From positions 1,426,001 to 1,490,000 of the forward strand of contig NW_027590128.1 in assembly GCF_964213995.1 (NCBI RefSeq): DNA of 64,000 bases, written 5' to 3'. Of the stretch, positions 60,998 through 64,000 are shown one piece after another. The notes beneath the pieces were generated by a model. That model was not told where the DNA came from. It made no database searches and worked only from the letters and a program-made list of their open reading frames with translations. The translations under genes were made by a program, and so were the position numbers. The DNA is from Mustelus asterias. Taxonomy: Eukaryota. Each line of letters opens with the position of its first letter. Position 1 is the stretch's first letter.

Positions 60998-61492
60998 CTG
61001 CAGAAAAAGTACAATAAATGTCAATAAACTGGAGGATTCTGGAGACAATGAAACTGCTGGCTAGGGATCAGAAAAATGTGCTTCGCTTTCGATTTTAAAT
61101 GTTTCCATTTTTGACTTCCAGCTTGGAGGAGAGTTGAACGCAATTGTTTTCTCAAATAACTCAGCGGGTTGGACTGGAAAGTTTCAGAAAGTTTACAGCA
61201 CTCAATCAGGCTCTTCGGCCCAACTGATCTGCTTTTTTATTGGTTTTCATGCTCCACATCAGGCTCCTCTCTCCTTATTCGATCTAAATCCAATAACATC
61301 GCCTTCAGTTCACTTTTCATTCATCAACACATCAAATATCCCCGTAAAAATATCTGCAGGACCAGAGTCTTTAGTTAGTGGAGTTTCCACTCAGGGGACA
61401 CCATTAATGCACTGAATACTAAATATTGACCAGTCCACTTACACTGGAAATAGACACAGTGACGCATTTATTGCTTCAATCTCTCAGCTCAC

Positions 61493-61801
61493 CTGTTTCC
61501 TTGTGGATGGATTTTCTTAAAGGAGTCGGTAGATCCTGATGGCTCACCACGCAGTGAAACACAGCCGCACTCAGCCAGGCTTCTGTCGAGATGTTTAATT
61601 TGCTGACCACGCTGTCAGGATCCGCTCCTGGCTTTTCGGCAATCTCTGATTTCAAATACTTCCTGTCTCGGATCCAGGACACGTTGACTCCATAAGGAGC
61701 ATTAGAAATGATGCAGGTTAAGGTGACTGTTGCCTCCAGTAAGACCTGTTCTATTGGTGGTGGCTGTATCGTCACTGTTTGATCTTGGCACTGGGAAGGA
61801 T
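61493..61801 (-). CDS. IGHM: IgM CH3 exon
   Basis: 309-nt phase 1-1 exon; [27 protein letters not shown]...[13 protein letters not shown], characteristic of shark IgM. Confidence 0.95.
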
Positions 61802-62713
61802 CTGTAAATGACAAATGAAAATCAACCCAAGTTCCCTCTTCAGAAGCAGGACAGTAGTATTCACCCTAAAGGAGAAAAAGTCGCCTTCGAGATATCAACC
61901 TCTAAGTATCGCCTTTAAACTTCTATAGACGATGGAAAACCAGCTTGTTCTGTGAAATTATTCTCTTTATTAAAATATTTTAGCAGCGGTATCATTCTCA
62001 TGAATCAGCATTGCAGCATTCCAAACCATGCCCCAACTCGGGAACACAATACTTGTCATTGATTTATTATTAGGGTGAATGCACTTTCCAACATTTAACC
62101 CCTCCGCTGTGACCTGTGAAACAGTCCAACACCAACTGTTTCTCCAAATCTTACCAGCCGTCTCAGGAAAAAAGCTGACATCAAGGCCGCCTCGCTCACT
62201 ATGTTACTTCAAAATAGAAAGAAACACTCTTTCAAGGGGAGGCAGTGGTATTGTCAATGGACTTGTAATCCAAGAGACCGAGGACAAGACTCTAATTGAA
62301 GAGACACGGATTCGAATCTTACCACTGCAAATGGTGAAATTGGAATTCAATAAAAATCTATAATTAAAAGTCAAATGATCATCATGAAGCCGTTGTTGTG
62401 AAAGCCCACCTGGTTCACGAATGCCCTTAAAAAAGTAAATCTGCTGTCTTTATCTGGCCTGGCATGCATGTGACTCCAGATCCACAGCAATGTGGTTGAC
62501 ACTTAAGTGACCTCAGGGATGGGAAATAAATGCACATCTCATGAAGGAAGAACAGAAATTGCTGTTGTGATGAAATTCTGAATGGGGCAATAATGCAGCA
62601 AACCACATGACAGTAAATTAGAAGTTGTTCTGTGCTTTGTACTAACTTTAATAGATCCCTAATTCCGATTAACATCGGAATGGTATATTTTATCCTCGGT
62701 TTGAGTCTCTTAC

Positions 62714-63025
62714 CCAGAGATCCGCTGATGTTCTGACTCTGAGTGAATTCTTCATGAGTGACCTGGCAGGTATAGACCGCTTTGCTGATCCATTCCTGAG
62801 CGGAGACTGTCAGCCGACTGCTGGCCGAGAAGTTCCCATTCACTTGACAGGCGGGAGAGGTGACAATTCCTGAATCCATGGGTTGTCCATTCTTCAGCCA
62901 CTTCACCGTCATTGACTTTGGCCGGAAATCGATGATTGAACAGACGATGGTTGCAAATTTTCTGCTGGTGATTTCTTCACTGGAACTCACGGTGAGGATA
63001 ACGGTTGGGGTGATAACGATTGGGC
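62714..63025 (-). CDS. IGHM: IgM CH2 exon
   Basis: 312-nt phase 1-1 exon; [29 protein letters not shown]....KWLK...VYTCQVTH, characteristic of shark IgM. Confidence 0.95.
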
Positions 63026-63129
63026 CTTCAACAAACAAATGTTCAGACGTTACTTGAAGATTCAATTGACATCAATTAAAATTAGTTCTTTTATTTTAGC
63101 AAAATAGCTGCCGATTTGAGAATTATATC

Positions 63130-63860
63130 CATGGTTTGGTTGAATTGGCAGGGAAATGGCGAATGGAATTCAACCGTCAAAAGTGCCACACAATGCATTT
63201 GGGGAGGGAAAACAAAGCAAGGCAATAAACTGGAATGTTAAGAGGGATTGAGGAAATGCAAGACCTTAGAGTGCACGTCCACAGGTCCTTGTAGATGGTA
63301 GGGTAGCTGGAAAAGTTGATCAAGAAAGCATATCGGATTAGTTTCTCTGTTATGTGAGGTATTGAATACAAAAACAGTGATGCAATGATGGAGCTGTATA
63401 AAACGCTAGTTAGGCCACGTTTGGAGTTTGCTGTACAGTTCTGGTCACCACGTTGCAGGAATGACGTAATGACTCTGGAGAGAGATGAGGTTAACAAGGA
63501 TGTTGCCAGGGCCTGAAAATTGCAGCCTTGAGGCGAGATTGGACAGGCAGGGATTTTTCTCCTTGGAAAAAGAAGAGGCTGAGGCGTGACGTAATTGTGG
63601 TTCACAAAATTATAAGGGATGTAGGCAGAAATAATTCATTCCCTAAGTGGAGGGCTCAATTACCAGGGAGCATGCTCATTTAAAAGGTCATTACGTCTGC
63701 ATCTCAGGTGCTTTAACCTGCATGGCTACGGCGCAAGGGCTGGAAAATGGGCTCAAAATGTCAGGCTAGTTTATTCGTTCTCCCTTTTCGCCAGAACAGA
63801 CATGATGGGCTAAATGGCCTCATTCTGCACAGTAACAGTCCTGTTGTTCTTTGGTTCTGA
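63130..63860 (+). mobile_element. Old CR1 3' fragment in the IgM CH1-CH2 intron
   Basis: Decayed WRMEFN and LYKTLVRP..E.AVQFWSP motifs. Confidence 0.7.
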
Positions 63861-64000
63861 ACAACTTTTCAGTCAGTAGACACTGACCTGGATTTTGCAT
63901 AATTCAATTTTTTTCAGTGTACTACAAATCAGTTATAACTAAAGCCTTATACAGTTCAATCACAGCGTTCCTGTCTTGCCCAAGTTCCACAACACTTACA

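Noticed and set aside
1-64000. CRISPR arrays, rRNA or true tRNA genes
   Set aside because: None seen; the tRNA-like boxes are SINE heads.

Overview
Eukaryotic DNA, almost certainly from a cartilaginous fish (shark): it is dense in CR1 LINEs, HE1-type V-SINEs and Penelope-derived fragments, and its Ig and TCR exons are shark-type. The window is an antigen-receptor locus, mostly on the minus strand. Reading right to left: (1) an apparently intact IgM heavy-chain constant gene (CH2, CH3, CH4 with secretory tail, TM1, TM2; CH1 and V/D/J would lie beyond the right edge); (2) six TCR alpha/delta-type V segments, only one intact and two inverted; (3) a complete NAR-TCR cassette (leader, IgNAR-like V, 12/12 D, DGSG-type J); (4) a leaderless supporting V-delta with a CDR1 cysteine; (5) only 230 bp further on, with no D segment visible, eight J segments of which two look fully functional; (6) a four-exon TCR-delta constant gene. 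The main result is a compact double-V TCR-delta unit whose second V domain appears to be V-J joined, as in monotreme TCR-mu, directly downstream of a same-orientation IgM gene. All calls come from manual reading of ORFs, splice sites and RSSs; no database searches were run.
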